A DNA stretch of 64,000 nucleotides from Coriobacteriia bacterium (GCA_003149935.1 QAMH01000006.1:433053-497052); one strand, 5' to 3'; shown: positions 1-12,388, counted from the stretch's first letter. Notes: a model not told the origin generated them from the sequence alone. Made by a program: numbers and translations.

Positions 1-721
1 CCTGCATGATGGCGGCCATGCGCTCGAGACCGAGGCCCGTATCGATGTTCTTCTTCTCGAGCGGAATCATCGTGCCATCTTCCTGGCGGTCAAACTGCGT
101 GAAGACGAGGTTCCAGTACTCGAGGAAGCGATCGCAATCGCAGCCGGGTTTGCAATCCGGGCTGCCGCAACCGACGTCCTCGCCTTGGTCGTAGTAGAGC
201 TCGGAGCACGGACCGCAGGGGCCGGTGGGACCGGCGACCCAGAAGTTGTCGTCAGCGCCAAGGCGCGAGATGTGGTCTGCCGGGACGCCGACTTCCTGCC
301 AGATGTCGGCGGTCTCCTCGTCCTCCTCGTATATCGTGACATAGATGCGATCGGGATCGAGGCCGAGCACGTCAACGGAGAACTCATAGGCCCAGGCGCA
401 CATTTCCTTCTTGAAGTATGCGCCGAAGCTGAAGTTGCCGAGCATCTCGAAGAACGAGAGATGACGGCCATCCGTGCCGATGATGTCGATGTCATTGGTG
501 CGCACGCACTTCTGCGCGGTGGTCGTGCCCACGTAGCGGGGATCAAGGTGCTTTTGCTGCAGGAAGTAGGGCTTGAACTGCACCATGCCCGCAACGGTGA
601 GCAGCAAGGATGGGTCATCGGGGATGAGCGAGGAAGACGGCCAGCGTTGGCAGCCTTTTTCCTCGAAGAAATTCAGGTATGCCTCGCGAATCTCTGCGGA
701 CGTGATGGGTTTGGACGCCAT
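1..721 (-). CDS. alaS: alanine--tRNA ligase, N-terminal 240 aa (gene continues beyond left edge)
   Basis: Absent from ORF track because no stop lies in the window. Own translation from ATG at 721: [113 protein letters not shown], collinear with class II AlaRS catalytic core. Confidence 0.93.
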   Translation of the reverse strand, partial: MASKPITSAEIREAYLNFFEEKGCQRWPSSSLIPDDPSLLLTVAGMVQFKPYFLQQKHLDPRYVGTTTAQKCVRTNDIDIIGTDGRHLSFFEMLGNFSFGAYFKKEMCAWAYEFSVDVLGLDPDRIYVTIYEEDEETADIWQEVGVPADHISRLGADDNFWVAGPTGPCGPCSELYYDQGEDVGCGSPDCKPGCDCDRFLEYWNLVFTQFDRQEDGTMIPLEKKNIDTGLGLERMAAIMQ

Positions 722-767
722 GATGCTCCTTGCTTGTTCGTGCTTCTATAGGGATATGAGATACGTG

Positions 768-1433
768 TTACGCGGTTTTGGTCGAGGTGGCCGCAGCCTC
801 GTCATGCTCTTCCTGAGCAGGCGCATGCGGAACAGCCTGACCGCTTTCCTCGATGACGATGTCGACTTCCTCGACTACCACGCCCTCGGCTGCAGTATCT
901 GCGGCCTGCTGGGCGGCGGCCTTCATCGCCTCGTCATCGGCAGGGCTCGTCTGCGACTGGGCGTCTTGCGCGGGTTGCTCGTCCGTCTCGCGCGCACCAC
1001 CGATGGGATAGACTAGACGCTCCTGCTTCACCTTGTTGCTGCGCTTGGTGCCAAGCGAACCGCGAATGCGATCGACGATCGAGGTCACGGCCTCGGCAGG
1101 TGCGGAGGTCACGGCATCGACCGTAGTGGCAGCCTTGCCAGCGACATCGGTGATCTGCTCGACGTCCTCAAGTATGGCGTCAACGCGCAGCATCTCGAGA
1201 TTGACCGTATCGAGCATGAGCTCGGCCTTGTCTACCATGGGATTGACCTTGGTAAGCGCAGGCGCAACCTCTTTCTCGGCGTCAGCTGCGATGTTCTGGA
1301 CCGACTTCATCGTCACGCTCGCACGGTAGAGGATGATGATGAGAAAGACGAGGGCAACGATGCCCAGAATAACGAGTACGGCTGCCGCGAACGGCCATGC
1401 CTGTGAAAGAAAGTCTCCCATGAAAGCCCCCAA
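768..1433 (-). CDS. DUF948-type membrane-anchored protein
   Basis: N-terminal TM helix then helical region (VTMKSVQNIAADAEKEVAPALTKVNPMVDKAELMLDTVN) typical of DUF948, acidic Ala-rich tail. Sits just upstream of alaS as in many Gram-positives. Confidence 0.7.
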   Translation of the reverse strand: MGAFMGDFLSQAWPFAAAVLVILGIVALVFLIIILYRASVTMKSVQNIAADAEKEVAPALTKVNPMVDKAELMLDTVNLEMLRVDAILEDVEQITDVAGKAATTVDAVTSAPAEAVTSIVDRIRGSLGTKRSNKVKQERLVYPIGGARETDEQPAQDAQSQTSPADDEAMKAAAQQAADTAAEGVVVEEVDIVIEESGQAVPHAPAQEEHDEAAATSTKTA

Positions 1434-1561
1434 AATCGTATCGGGTTCACGTGTGCATATACAGACCTAGATGATAGCGCAGTTTGCCCCGCTTGCGAAA
1501 CGCGATGTCCCCTTTTGCGCATAAAGAATCCGCTTGGCATGCGTGCAGGCGGGCAGCCAAC

Positions 1562-2860
1562 CTACTCCTCTGGCGGGAAGCGGAGCTTTTCCCAACCGAT
1601 GCTGGTCGGCTTGTAGAAGCATCCCCGTTCGAGGCCATCGGGAAGGTATTGCTGTTCCACCTGGGCATTCGGGTAGTCATGGGGATACAGATAGGTACCG
1701 TAGTTTTCGGAACCGGGACGGTGGCGATCGCGCAGATGCGGCGGAACGCTGCGCAGCGGGCCTTCGCGCACCTCCTTGAGCGCGGCGTCGATGGCGAGGT
1801 AGGCCGCATTGGATTTGGGAGCCAGCGCCATGTAGATGGCTGCCTCGGCCAGGTTGATGCGGCATTCGGGATATCCGATGCTCTCGGCCGACTTGAATGC
1901 CGCCGCGGCGATCGTAATCGCGCGCGGGTCGGCAAGACCCACGTCCTCGCTTGCCAGAATGAAGATGCGGCGCGCGATGAAGCGCGGGTCCTCTCCGCCC
2001 TCGATCATGCGCGCAAGCCAATAGACGGTCGCATCCGGATCGCTGCCACGCATCGACTTGATGAACGCCGAGATGACATCGTAGTGCGTATCGCCATCCT
2101 TGTCATAGGGAAGCTGGCGACGCGGCGATGCCTCGCGAACCTGCTCGACATCGATCTTCTCCCCCGGCTCCGTGACGGCGGCCGCGATCTCGAGCGTCGT
2201 GAGCGCCGTACGGGCATCGCCACCTGCAGTGATGACGATGGCATTGAGCGCGTCATCGGTAATCTCGTACTCGTCGGCAAGGCCACGCTCGTCCTCGAGC
2301 GCACGCTTGACGAGCATCTTGATGCCGTGATTGCCGATGGGCTTGAGCTCGACGATGCGCGAGCGAGAGATGAGCGCGGAATTGACCTCGAAGAAGGGAT
2401 TCTCCGTCGTCGCGCCGACCAGGATTACGATGCGATCTTCGACGGCGTGCAGCAGGGCATCCTGTTGCGAGCGCGAGAAGCGATGAATCTCGTCGATGAA
2501 GAGGATGGTGCGACGCTTGAAGGCAAGGAGCCGCTCCTCTGCCGCCTTGATCTCGCGTCGCAGGTCTGCCACCGTACCCGAGACGGCCGAGACCTCGACA
2601 AAGGCGGCGTTCGTGGAATTGGCGATGACATGCGCGATGGAGGTCTTGCCCGTGCCCGCAGGCCCGAAGAGGATGACCGAGGAAAGCGTGTCGTTGGCGA
2701 TCGCGCGTCTGAGCCAGGTGTCCTTGCCAACCGCATCTTCCTGGCCGACAATCTCGTTGAGCGTGCGTGGACGCATGCGCACGGCAAGCGGAGCCGCCGC
2801 AAAACGCGTCTGCCCATCTACTTCGCTGAAGAGCGTGTCCATCGAGCTATCCATGGACAC
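1562..2860 (-). CDS. rarA: replication-associated recombination protein A (AAA+ ATPase)
   Basis: 432 aa. MRPRTLNEIVGQ, Walker A GPAGTGKTS, Walker B LFIDEIHRF, C-terminal MgsA helical domain (YLARMIEGGEDPRFIARR). Confidence 0.93.
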   Translation of the reverse strand: MSMDSSMDTLFSEVDGQTRFAAAPLAVRMRPRTLNEIVGQEDAVGKDTWLRRAIANDTLSSVILFGPAGTGKTSIAHVIANSTNAAFVEVSAVSGTVADLRREIKAAEERLLAFKRRTILFIDEIHRFSRSQQDALLHAVEDRIVILVGATTENPFFEVNSALISRSRIVELKPIGNHGIKMLVKRALEDERGLADEYEITDDALNAIVITAGGDARTALTTLEIAAAVTEPGEKIDVEQVREASPRRQLPYDKDGDTHYDVISAFIKSMRGSDPDATVYWLARMIEGGEDPRFIARRIFILASEDVGLADPRAITIAAAAFKSAESIGYPECRINLAEAAIYMALAPKSNAAYLAIDAALKEVREGPLRSVPPHLRDRHRPGSENYGTYLYPHDYPNAQVEQQYLPDGLERGCFYKPTSIGWEKLRFPPEE

Positions 2861-2910
2861 ATGATACCGCAGACAGATAATGCCGCGGGGCCGCAGGCAT
2901 ATGCTGATGC

Positions 2911-3672
2911 CTACTCGTCAATATCGAGTACGAGCGACACGGGGCAATGGTCGCTGCCGAAGATATCGGATTCGATGCCCGCCTCGACCACGGCATCAGC
3001 AAGCCCGCTGCTCACGAGGAAGTAGTCGATGCGCCACCCGACATTGCGCTCGCGGGCCTTCATGCGATAGCTCCACCAGGAGTAAGCATCCGTAGTATCG
3101 GGATGAACGAGGCGGAAGGTGTCGACGAAGCCGCTTGCCAGAAGCTCGTTGAACTTGCCGCGCTCCTCATCGGAAAAGCCGGCGTTGCCGACATTCTCCT
3201 TGGGACGCGCCAAGTCGATGGGCTCGTGCGCCACATTCATGTCACCGCAGACCACAACGCCCTTCTTCGCCGCGAGCCCGGCCAGGTACTCGCGGAAGCA
3301 GTCCTCGAAATCGCAGCGGTAGTCGATACGTGCTAGCTCGTGCTGTGCGTTGGGCGTGTAGACGCAGACGAAGTAGAAGCTCTCGAATTCGAGCGTGATG
3401 CTGCGTCCCTCGCAGTCGAAACGGCTGTCGCCGATACCGTAGGAGACGGCAAGGGGCTCGACCTTCGAGAAGACGGCCGTACCCGAATAGCCCTTCTTTT
3501 CCGCATAGCTCCAATACTCGTAGTAGTCATCGTAGTCGAGCGGAGATTGCCCCTCCTGGAGCTTGGTTTCCTGTATGGCGAAGATGTCCGCGTCAAATGC
3601 GCGGAAGATATCGTCGAAGCCCTTCTTGGCAACGGCACGCAGGCCATTGACGTTCCACGACACGAACTTCAT
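2911..3672 (-). CDS. xth: exodeoxyribonuclease III
   Basis: 253 aa. MKFVSWNVNGLRA..IFAIQETK..GDMNVAHEPIDL..WRIDYFLVS..GSDHCPV, canonical EEP/ExoIII motifs. Confidence 0.93.
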   Translation of the reverse strand: MKFVSWNVNGLRAVAKKGFDDIFRAFDADIFAIQETKLQEGQSPLDYDDYYEYWSYAEKKGYSGTAVFSKVEPLAVSYGIGDSRFDCEGRSITLEFESFYFVCVYTPNAQHELARIDYRCDFEDCFREYLAGLAAKKGVVVCGDMNVAHEPIDLARPKENVGNAGFSDEERGKFNELLASGFVDTFRLVHPDTTDAYSWWSYRMKARERNVGWRIDYFLVSSGLADAVVEAGIESDIFGSDHCPVSLVLDIDE

Positions 3673-3690
3673 GTAATCAACCCCTCAAAT

Positions 3691-4434
3691 CTACGATGCC
3701 TCGAGCACCTGGCCCGTGACATGATGTCCCGCCTCATCCGCGAGAAAGAGGCACGTATCCACGAGACTATCATATGACGCGGAGAGCGCATCGCATCCCA
3801 GAGACGAAAGCGCCTCATCCTGCGCATCGGGAAACTCACGTACCCAACGCTCGAACTGCGCGGTCGCCGCCCGAGCGCAAACGACGTTGACGGTAATGCC
3901 ATCGTCGAGCCATTCCCGTGCGGCAACACGGCTGAGACCGGCAAGCGCCTCTACCGCGGCCGCCAGCATGCCAAGGCCGGGCTGACCCTGCATCGCCATC
4001 CGCGAGCCAAGGTTAATAATCGATCCGTGTACGGCAGCCAAGTGCGGACGGCACTCGCGCATCCAGGTAAAGGATTCGACGGTGCAGTTCGAGAAGGTCC
4101 GCTCGAGGTCTTCGTCACGTGTCGCGCTCAAGAGCTCGGCGCGTGCCACGAGCGAGCAGTTCACGAGCACGTCGATGCGGCCGAAGCGGTCCACGATGTC
4201 CTGCGTTGCCTTGCGCACGGCCGGCGTGTCCTCATGCGCAACGCGCAATGCCATGACCTCGGTACCCGTCTCATCGGCAAGCGACCGGGCAAAGTCATTC
4301 ACGCTCGCATGCGGACCAACGGCTACGATATTAGCGCCTTGCGCCGCAAAGCCAGCGGCGATGGCATGCGCCATGCTTGCCTGCGCGTCGCATCCGCGCA
4401 CGATAACGGTCTTGTCGGAAAACGCACTCATCAC
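3691..4434 (-). CDS. SDR-fold protein with degenerate cofactor and catalytic motifs
   Basis: 247 aa, collinear with FabG-like SDRs (IDVLVN, GSIINLGS, GITVNVV). TGxxxGxG is replaced by RGCDAQAS and the YxxxK catalytic dyad by LAAAV. Confidence 0.75.
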   Translation of the reverse strand: MMSAFSDKTVIVRGCDAQASMAHAIAAGFAAQGANIVAVGPHASVNDFARSLADETGTEVMALRVAHEDTPAVRKATQDIVDRFGRIDVLVNCSLVARAELLSATRDEDLERTFSNCTVESFTWMRECRPHLAAVHGSIINLGSRMAMQGQPGLGMLAAAVEALAGLSRVAAREWLDDGITVNVVCARAATAQFERWVREFPDAQDEALSSLGCDALSASYDSLVDTCLFLADEAGHHVTGQVLEAS

Positions 4435-4440
4435 ACTTCC

Positions 4441-5259
4441 CTACCTGCAGAGTTGCCAGAACGCGACGGCGCTTGCGGCGGCGACGTTGAGCGAGTCGAC
4501 GCCATGCGCCATCGGGATACGCACCGTGTAATCGCAGCGCGCGATCGTCGCGGGAGCTAGCCCATCACCTTCGGTCCCGAATATCATCGCGAGCTTCCCC
4601 TCGGCGTTAAGCGCCGCATCGTCGAGAGGCACTGACTCATCGCTCAAAGCGAAGGCAGCCGTCTTGAACCCAAGTTTATGCAAGCGTTCCATGCCCGCTT
4701 GCGGCCAATCACCTGCCACGTCCCCGATGCGCGTCCACGGAATCTGGAAGACCGTGCCCATCGACACGCGCACTGCTCGACGATAGAGTGGATCGCAGCA
4801 AGTCGGCGTCACGAGGACCGCATCGACCTCGAGCGCAGCCGCCGAACGAAAGATGGCACCCACGTTCGTATGATCGACGATACCCTCGAGCACGGCCACA
4901 CGCTTGGCATGTGCAAGCAATTCTTCGACCTCGGGCAGCTGGGGACGCCGCATGGCGCAGAGCACACCGCGCGTCAGCCTGAAGCCCGTAAGGGACTCAA
5001 GCACCTCGGCAGGACCCGTGTAGACGGGAATATCGCCACAAGCCGCGATGAGTTCGGCGCAGTCATCAAGATGCGAGCGATCCATGAGCAGCGAGAGTGG
5101 CTGCATGCCGGCATCGAGCGCACGCACTATGACCTTGGGCGACTCAGCGATGAAGATGCCCTTTTCTGGCTCAAGCCTGTTACGTAGCTGAGCCTCGGTA
5201 AGACGTGCGTACACATCCAGCTCGCCCTGGTCCAATGATGTGATTTCGACAAGTTTCAT
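4441..5259 (-). CDS. TrmH/SpoU-family RNA 2'-O-methyltransferase
   Basis: 272 aa. SpoU motifs LEGIVDHTNVGAIFRSA, MIFGTEGDGL, IPMAHGVDSLNVAAASAVA. Confidence 0.85.
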   Translation of the reverse strand: MKLVEITSLDQGELDVYARLTEAQLRNRLEPEKGIFIAESPKVIVRALDAGMQPLSLLMDRSHLDDCAELIAACGDIPVYTGPAEVLESLTGFRLTRGVLCAMRRPQLPEVEELLAHAKRVAVLEGIVDHTNVGAIFRSAAALEVDAVLVTPTCCDPLYRRAVRVSMGTVFQIPWTRIGDVAGDWPQAGMERLHKLGFKTAAFALSDESVPLDDAALNAEGKLAMIFGTEGDGLAPATIARCDYTVRIPMAHGVDSLNVAAASAVAFWQLCR

Positions 5260-5275
5260 AGCATCACAAATGAAG

Positions 5276-5305
5276 ACGGGCCACCGGGAAACCCCGATGG
5301 CCCGT
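5276..5305 (-). terminator. stem-loop terminator downstream of rbr
   Basis: On the minus strand: ACGGGCCATCGGG-GTTT-CCCGGTGGCCCGT (13-bp stem, one G.U), followed by CTTCATTTGT. Lies 24 nt after the rbr stop. Confidence 0.6.
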
Positions 5306-5328
5306 TAGCGTTGCGTGCAGCCGAGCTA

Positions 5329-5868
5329 CTAGTAGTTCTCAGCGCGAAGCTCGAAGAAAGCCTTGGGATGCGAGCACACCGGGCAGATCTCGGGAGCGTT
5401 CTTGCCGATGACGATATGGCCGCAGTTACGGCAGATCCAGATGGCATCGCCGTCGCGGCTGAAGACCAGACCGTCCTCGATGTTCTCGATGAGCTTGCGA
5501 TAGCGCTCCTCGTGCTGCTTCTCGATGGCACCAACCATCTCGAAACGCAGGGCGATCTCCTCGAAGCCCTCCTCACGAGCGGTCTTGGCGAAGCCAGCGT
5601 ACATGTCGGTCCACTCGTAGTTCTCGCCTGCGGCGGCATCCTCGAGATTGGCAAGCGTCTCGGGCATCTCGCCACCATGGAGATACTTGAACCAAATCTT
5701 GGCATGCTCCTTCTCGTTGTGCGAGGTCTCGAGGAACAGGGCCGCGATCTGCTCGTAGCCGTCCTTCTTCGCCTGGCTGGCGTAGTACTCGTACTTGGTG
5801 TGAGCCTGGGACTCACCCGCAAAAGCAGTCTGCAGGTTGATTTCAGTCTGGCTGCCCTTCAAATCCAT
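5329..5868 (-). CDS. rbr: rubrerythrin
   Basis: 179 aa. Diiron four-helix motifs ([24 protein letters not shown]) plus C-terminal rubredoxin-like CRNCGH..CPVCSHP. Confidence 0.93.
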   Translation of the reverse strand: MDLKGSQTEINLQTAFAGESQAHTKYEYYASQAKKDGYEQIAALFLETSHNEKEHAKIWFKYLHGGEMPETLANLEDAAAGENYEWTDMYAGFAKTAREEGFEEIALRFEMVGAIEKQHEERYRKLIENIEDGLVFSRDGDAIWICRNCGHIVIGKNAPEICPVCSHPKAFFELRAENY

Positions 5869-5963
5869 GGTAATCCTCTTTCCTTTTGGATTGGCCGTGC
5901 AATGTGCTGCTAAGTATACGCATTTCCCGTCTGAAAGGTGGAGTGATTGTTTTATTTCTTGCG

Positions 5964-5976
5964 GAATATCATATTC
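5964..5976. promoter_or_regulatory. perfect 6-1-6 palindrome GAATAT-C-ATATTC upstream of rbr (candidate operator)
   Basis: AT-rich palindrome about 100 nt upstream of the rbr ATG in a 140-nt spacer. Peroxide and redox regulators often bind such sites. No binding protein is identified here. Confidence 0.25.
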
Positions 5977-6008
5977 TGTTCAAACAGGACACGACCGATG
6001 CCGCGTCT

Positions 6009-6926
6009 CTAACCCAATGTGATGAAGTCGTAGGGCGTGGTCTGGTAGACGTAGTAATTGAGCCAATTGCTGTAGAGCAGATTGGCATGCGCGCGCCAGC
6101 GTTTGATGGGCAGCTCGGTCACATCATCGTGCGGATAATAGTGCGCAGGCAGGGCCGGATTCTTGCCGGCATCAAGATCACGTCGGTATTCCTCCCCCAG
6201 CGTGCGACCATCGTATTCGGGATGTCCCATGATGAAGACCTGCGCGCCGTTGTCGGTCATGAGCGCATAGGGGCCAACCTCGCGCGAAGTCGCGATGACG
6301 CGCAACTCGGGCACCGCCTTGATGTCTTCGAGACGGTTTTCGGTATTGCGGGAATGCGGTGCCCAGAACGTGTCGTCAGCGCCACGCAGGAGCATCGATG
6401 ACTTGCGATCGACCGTATGCTCGAAAACGCCATGCACGCGCTGCTCGAGCTGGTACTTGGGAATGCCGTAATGGTAATAGAGCGCAGCTTGCGCACCCCA
6501 GCAGATGTGGAACGTGCTCGTGACGTGTTCCTTGCTCCATTCCATAATCTCGCAAAGCTCATCCCAGTAGTCGACATCCTCGAAATCGAGGTCCTCGACG
6601 GGGGCGCCCGTGATAATCATGCCATCGAACTTGCGTCCGCGTATCTCGTCGAAGGTCTTGTAGAAAGCGAGCATGTGGTCTGGTGACGTGTTTGCTGCCG
6701 CATGGCTCTTCGTATGCATGAGCTCGAGCTCCACTTGCAGAGGCGAATTAGAGAGCACGCGCGCAATCTGCGTCTCGGTCTTTACTTTGTCGGGCATGAG
6801 ATTGAGCAAGAGGACATGAAGCGAACGTATGTCCTGCGTCATGGCGCGGGTCTCGGTCATGACGAAAATGTTCTCGCCTTCCAAAACCTCGGTTGCGGGA
6901 AGGGCATTGGGAATCTTGATAGGCAT
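6009..6926 (-). CDS. metA: homoserine O-acyltransferase (MetA family)
   Basis: 305 aa. MPIKIPNALPA..NLMPDK..FDGMIITGAP..FHICWGAQAAL (catalytic Cys)..GHPEYD. Confidence 0.92.
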   Translation of the reverse strand: MPIKIPNALPATEVLEGENIFVMTETRAMTQDIRSLHVLLLNLMPDKVKTETQIARVLSNSPLQVELELMHTKSHAAANTSPDHMLAFYKTFDEIRGRKFDGMIITGAPVEDLDFEDVDYWDELCEIMEWSKEHVTSTFHICWGAQAALYYHYGIPKYQLEQRVHGVFEHTVDRKSSMLLRGADDTFWAPHSRNTENRLEDIKAVPELRVIATSREVGPYALMTDNGAQVFIMGHPEYDGRTLGEEYRRDLDAGKNPALPAHYYPHDDVTELPIKRWRAHANLLYSNWLNYYVYQTTPYDFITLG

Positions 6927-6944
6927 GAGATTCTTCTTCAGGCG

Positions 6945-8057
6945 TTATTGAATGAGTGGGGCACGTTCCTTGGAGACCTCATCGCCAATCTCCTTGCCGA
7001 GTTCCTCGGCGGTCTTCTTCGCCTTGCGCGAGAGCTTGCGCGGAACGACGACCGTCACGTGCACGAGCAGGTCACCGCGCTTGTTGTTGCGACGGAACAT
7101 CGGGAGGCCATAGCCCTTGATACGCAGGGTCTGCCCTGGCTGGCAGCCCTCCGGAATGTGCACGGGGACTTCTTCGTCTTCGAGAATGCCACAGACGGTG
7201 ATATCTGCGCCGACCATGGCCTGGACGACGGTGATGTTTGCGCGCGTGTGGAGATTGTCACCATCGCGCTCGAAGTATTCGTGCGGATCAATGCGAACCG
7301 TTGCGATCAGATCGCCAGCCGGTGCACCTTGCATGCCAGCCTCGCCGCGATCCTGGACACGAATCTGCTGGCCATCGTGTATGCCGAGAGGAATCTCGAT
7401 CGTGAGGTGCTCGCGGTCGGGAACACGTCCCTGGCCTTGGCATTCGGGGCAGGGCTTGTCGATGGTACGCCCCGCGCCACCGCAATCCGGGCAGGTGACG
7501 GCCGTCTGCATATCGCCGAGGAAGGTATGCTGCACGCTCACGACATGGCCAGAGCCGTGACACGTGGGGCACTCGACCTCATGGCCATCCTCGGCTGCTC
7601 CGCTGCCGCCGCACTCCTCGCACGTCGCGAGACGGTCATAGACGATGTCCTTCTTGGCACCGCGAGCGACTTCCTCAAGTGTAAGACGCAGGCCAATGCC
7701 CATGTCGCGGCCATCGCGCCTGATCTGCTGAGCGCCACGTCCGCCCATACCGCCGAAGAAGGAGCTGAAGATATCACCCATGCCACCGAATATGTCGCTC
7801 ATGTCGACGGCCTGATAGCCACCGAAGCCTTGTGCTGCCTCGGGCGTGCCATAGCGATCGTACAGCGACTTCTTCTTGGGGTCTGAAAGAACGTCGTATG
7901 CCTCGTTGAGCTCCTTGAAGCGCTCTTCGGCATCAGGCGCCTTGTTGACATCCGGATGCAGCTCGCGGGCCTTGCGTCGGAACGCCTTCTTTATCTCCGT
8001 TACGCTGACCTCGCGCGAAACGCCAAGAATCTCGTAGTACTCATACGCCATGCGCAA
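6945..8057 (-). CDS. dnaJ: molecular chaperone DnaJ
   Basis: 370 aa. J domain YYEILGV..HPDVN, G/F region, four CxxCxGxG zinc-finger repeats ([32 protein letters not shown]). Confidence 0.95.
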   Translation of the reverse strand: MRMAYEYYEILGVSREVSVTEIKKAFRRKARELHPDVNKAPDAEERFKELNEAYDVLSDPKKKSLYDRYGTPEAAQGFGGYQAVDMSDIFGGMGDIFSSFFGGMGGRGAQQIRRDGRDMGIGLRLTLEEVARGAKKDIVYDRLATCEECGGSGAAEDGHEVECPTCHGSGHVVSVQHTFLGDMQTAVTCPDCGGAGRTIDKPCPECQGQGRVPDREHLTIEIPLGIHDGQQIRVQDRGEAGMQGAPAGDLIATVRIDPHEYFERDGDNLHTRANITVVQAMVGADITVCGILEDEEVPVHIPEGCQPGQTLRIKGYGLPMFRRNNKRGDLLVHVTVVVPRKLSRKAKKTAEELGKEIGDEVSKERAPLIQ

Positions 8058-8155
8058 TAACTCCCCGCACTCAAATGGACTGCGAGTATTTTGGGATACC
8101 AGACAGGAGACGGCGTGAACCGTAAGCGTTTCGTCACCAAGCTACACGTGAGCGT

Positions 8156-9496
8156 TTACCTGTCGCCAGCCAGCGACCAAATCGCACCGTAGACCTCGTT
8201 TCCAAGCAGCCACCCACGCTGCGTGGGAACGAAGCGAGCACCCCGCTCGCGCACGAGCCCGAGAGCTTCGAGACGTTCGAAGACGGCGAGCGCGCCCTCG
8301 ACGGCCAGCACCCGCTCACGCGCGACGCCGATGCTCCTGCGCATGCCGAGCATGAGGTCTTCGACGGCGGATTCGCGGGCGCTGAGTAACTCGATTTCGG
8401 CACGAGGACATCCGAGCGATTCGGCAAACGCGATATCATCGGATGATGCGGCGATACGGATACGGGCGAAATCTGCATCACAAGGCTGGGTGGGGGCGCA
8501 GGCGCTCGGATCATCCGTTATGGGATGACCGATGGCGCAGTCGCTCGGACAGTCCTGAGCTCGCACGAAAGCGCCACTGGCGCTTTCGGCTCGTGCGGAA
8601 CTCGCTTTGTGCATCCATCGGTCATCCCCATCGTCGGGCATGTCGAACAGTCCTGCGTCAATCACCCGTTCGGCAGTTTCGGCCGACAGCATGCTCGAAG
8701 CACCCGCACCTAGCCCCAGGTACTCAGCACCCGTCCAATACGCCGTGTTGTGGTGGGAGGGGGAGCCTGGCTTGGCGTAGGAGGCGACTTCGTAGCGTTC
8801 GAACCCCGCAGCTGTGAGCATATGCTCGGCTTCGAGCATCATGTCGGTCTGCGTGTCCTCGTCGGCGACTTCGCACTCCCCCGCCTCGACGCGACGCGTC
8901 AGTGGCGTACCATCCTCGAGAGTAAGGGGATAGATACTGATGTGCGGCACGTCGGCATCGATTGCGTGGCGCAAATCCTGCGTCCATGATTCCATGCTCT
9001 GGCCTGGACCTCCGCAGATGAGGTCGAGGGAGATGTTGTTGGTGCGGGTGCGAACGGCGGCGAGAGCCGCATCGATTGCAGCGGCGTCGTGAATGCGACC
9101 GTAGGCCGCGAGAACCGCATCGTCGAAGCTTTGCGCACCGATGCTGAAGCGGTTGACACCGAGCGAGAAGAGGTCTGCCACCATGCGCTCGTCAATGGAT
9201 TCGGGGTTGACCTCGCAGGTGAACTCGACGACATTCTCGAGATTGACCGAAAGCGAAAGCGTGTATACGAGCGTATTGAGACGCCTGCTGCCAAGATGCG
9301 TGGGGGTGCCGCCGCCGATATAGATCGTCTTGACCTGGCCGAGCAACCCCGCCTTTGCCGCACGACGCAATTGCAGGCACAGCGCTTCCACATACGCATC
9401 CATGCGTTGCTCGTCCGCGCAAGCGTTCGTCGCAAAGTCACAGTACGCACAGCGCGAAACGCAGAAGGGCGTGTGCAGATAGAGGGCTTCGATCAT
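8156..9496 (-). CDS. hemW: radical SAM heme chaperone HemW (HemN-like)
   Basis: 446 aa. LYLHTPFCVSRCAYCDF (CxxxCxxC), GGGTP, HemN_C-like tail. Contains a roughly 60-aa acidic/Cys-containing insertion relative to typical ~380-aa HemW. Confidence 0.88.
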   Translation of the reverse strand: MIEALYLHTPFCVSRCAYCDFATNACADEQRMDAYVEALCLQLRRAAKAGLLGQVKTIYIGGGTPTHLGSRRLNTLVYTLSLSVNLENVVEFTCEVNPESIDERMVADLFSLGVNRFSIGAQSFDDAVLAAYGRIHDAAAIDAALAAVRTRTNNISLDLICGGPGQSMESWTQDLRHAIDADVPHISIYPLTLEDGTPLTRRVEAGECEVADEDTQTDMMLEAEHMLTAAGFERYEVASYAKPGSPSHHNTAYWTGAEYLGLGAGASSMLSAETAERVIDAGLFDMPDDGDDRWMHKASSARAESASGAFVRAQDCPSDCAIGHPITDDPSACAPTQPCDADFARIRIAASSDDIAFAESLGCPRAEIELLSARESAVEDLMLGMRRSIGVARERVLAVEGALAVFERLEALGLVRERGARFVPTQRGWLLGNEVYGAIWSLAGDR

Positions 9497-10519
9497 CGAG
9501 GCTCACCCTCCGCGAGCTTGCCTGCCTCGTCGAAGATGCGCTCGAAATCGGCGATGCTTCGCGCCTCGCTGAGAGTGCGACGCAACGCGGCGGCAGACGG
9601 CAGACCATGCACGTACCAGGCAAGCTGCGCGCGCAGCGGACTCAGGTACGGGGCAGGCGCATCGAGAGGGGCGGGTATGGCCTCGTCACTCGTCGAGGGA
9701 CGCTCGTCACGCGCCTTGAGCGGGTCGGCATAATGGAGGTAGAGCTCGAAATGCTCGTGCATGGCGGCGACGCGCTCGGCATGCGACGGTTCGTGTCCCG
9801 TAAAGATCCACGGGTTGCCGCGCGCGCCACGTGCCACGTGCACGGCATCCACACCGCACTGTTCGCGCATGCGGCGGGCATCGTCATGGGAAAACACGTC
9901 ACCGCTGCCCGCGACGGGAATATCGACTGCCTCCTTGACCTGCGCTATCACATCCCAATCCGCATCGCCGCGATACATCTGGCGCGCGCTGCGCCCATGC
10001 ACGCTCACAAGCGAGACGCCCGCCTGCTCTAAACGCTTGGCGAAGTCGACGGCGTTCTTCTCCTCGTTCGTCCAGCCGCTTCTGAACTTGGCGGTGACGG
10101 GCACGTCAACGGCATCGACGATGCTGCGTATGATATCGGCCGCCAGCTCGGGGGTCTGCATGAGGGCCGAGCCCTCCCCGCGTCGCACGACCTTGCGTAC
10201 GGGACATCCCATGTTCACGTCGATGAGCGCGAGCCTATCGCCCAGACGCTCGGCAACGCGTGCGGCCTGACGCGCCATGCAATCGGGCTCCGAACCGAAC
10301 AGCTGCACGGCGAGCACAGCCTCTTCCTCGGCCGGATCGGTCAGGGCGAAGGTCTTGACGCCGTTGTACTCGAGGCCCTTGGCGCTCACCATCTCGGAAA
10401 ACGTCAAACCCGCTCCATAGCGTATGCAGAGGGTGCGAAAGGCCCGATCGGTCACGCCGGCCATGGGCGCAAGCCACAAGGGCGTCGCAAGGTATGTTTC
10501 GATTTGCGTCACGAGGAGC

Positions 10520-10533
<14 letters not shown>
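9493..10533 (-). CDS. dus: tRNA-dihydrouridine synthase
   Basis: 346 aa. [24 protein letters not shown] (catalytic Cys), KFRSGW. 4-nt overlap with hemW. Confidence 0.9.
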
Positions 10534-12331
<1,798 letters not shown>

Positions 12332-12353
12332 TCTAACGCAGGAACGTCAACGT

Positions 12354-12388
12354 GAAAAAGGAGACCGCCCATTGCGAGGGCGGCCTCC
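12354..12388 (-). terminator. rho-independent terminator after rpsT
   Basis: Minus strand: GGAGGCCGCCC-TCGCAAT-GGGCGGTCTCC followed by TTTTTCAC. Confidence 0.8.
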
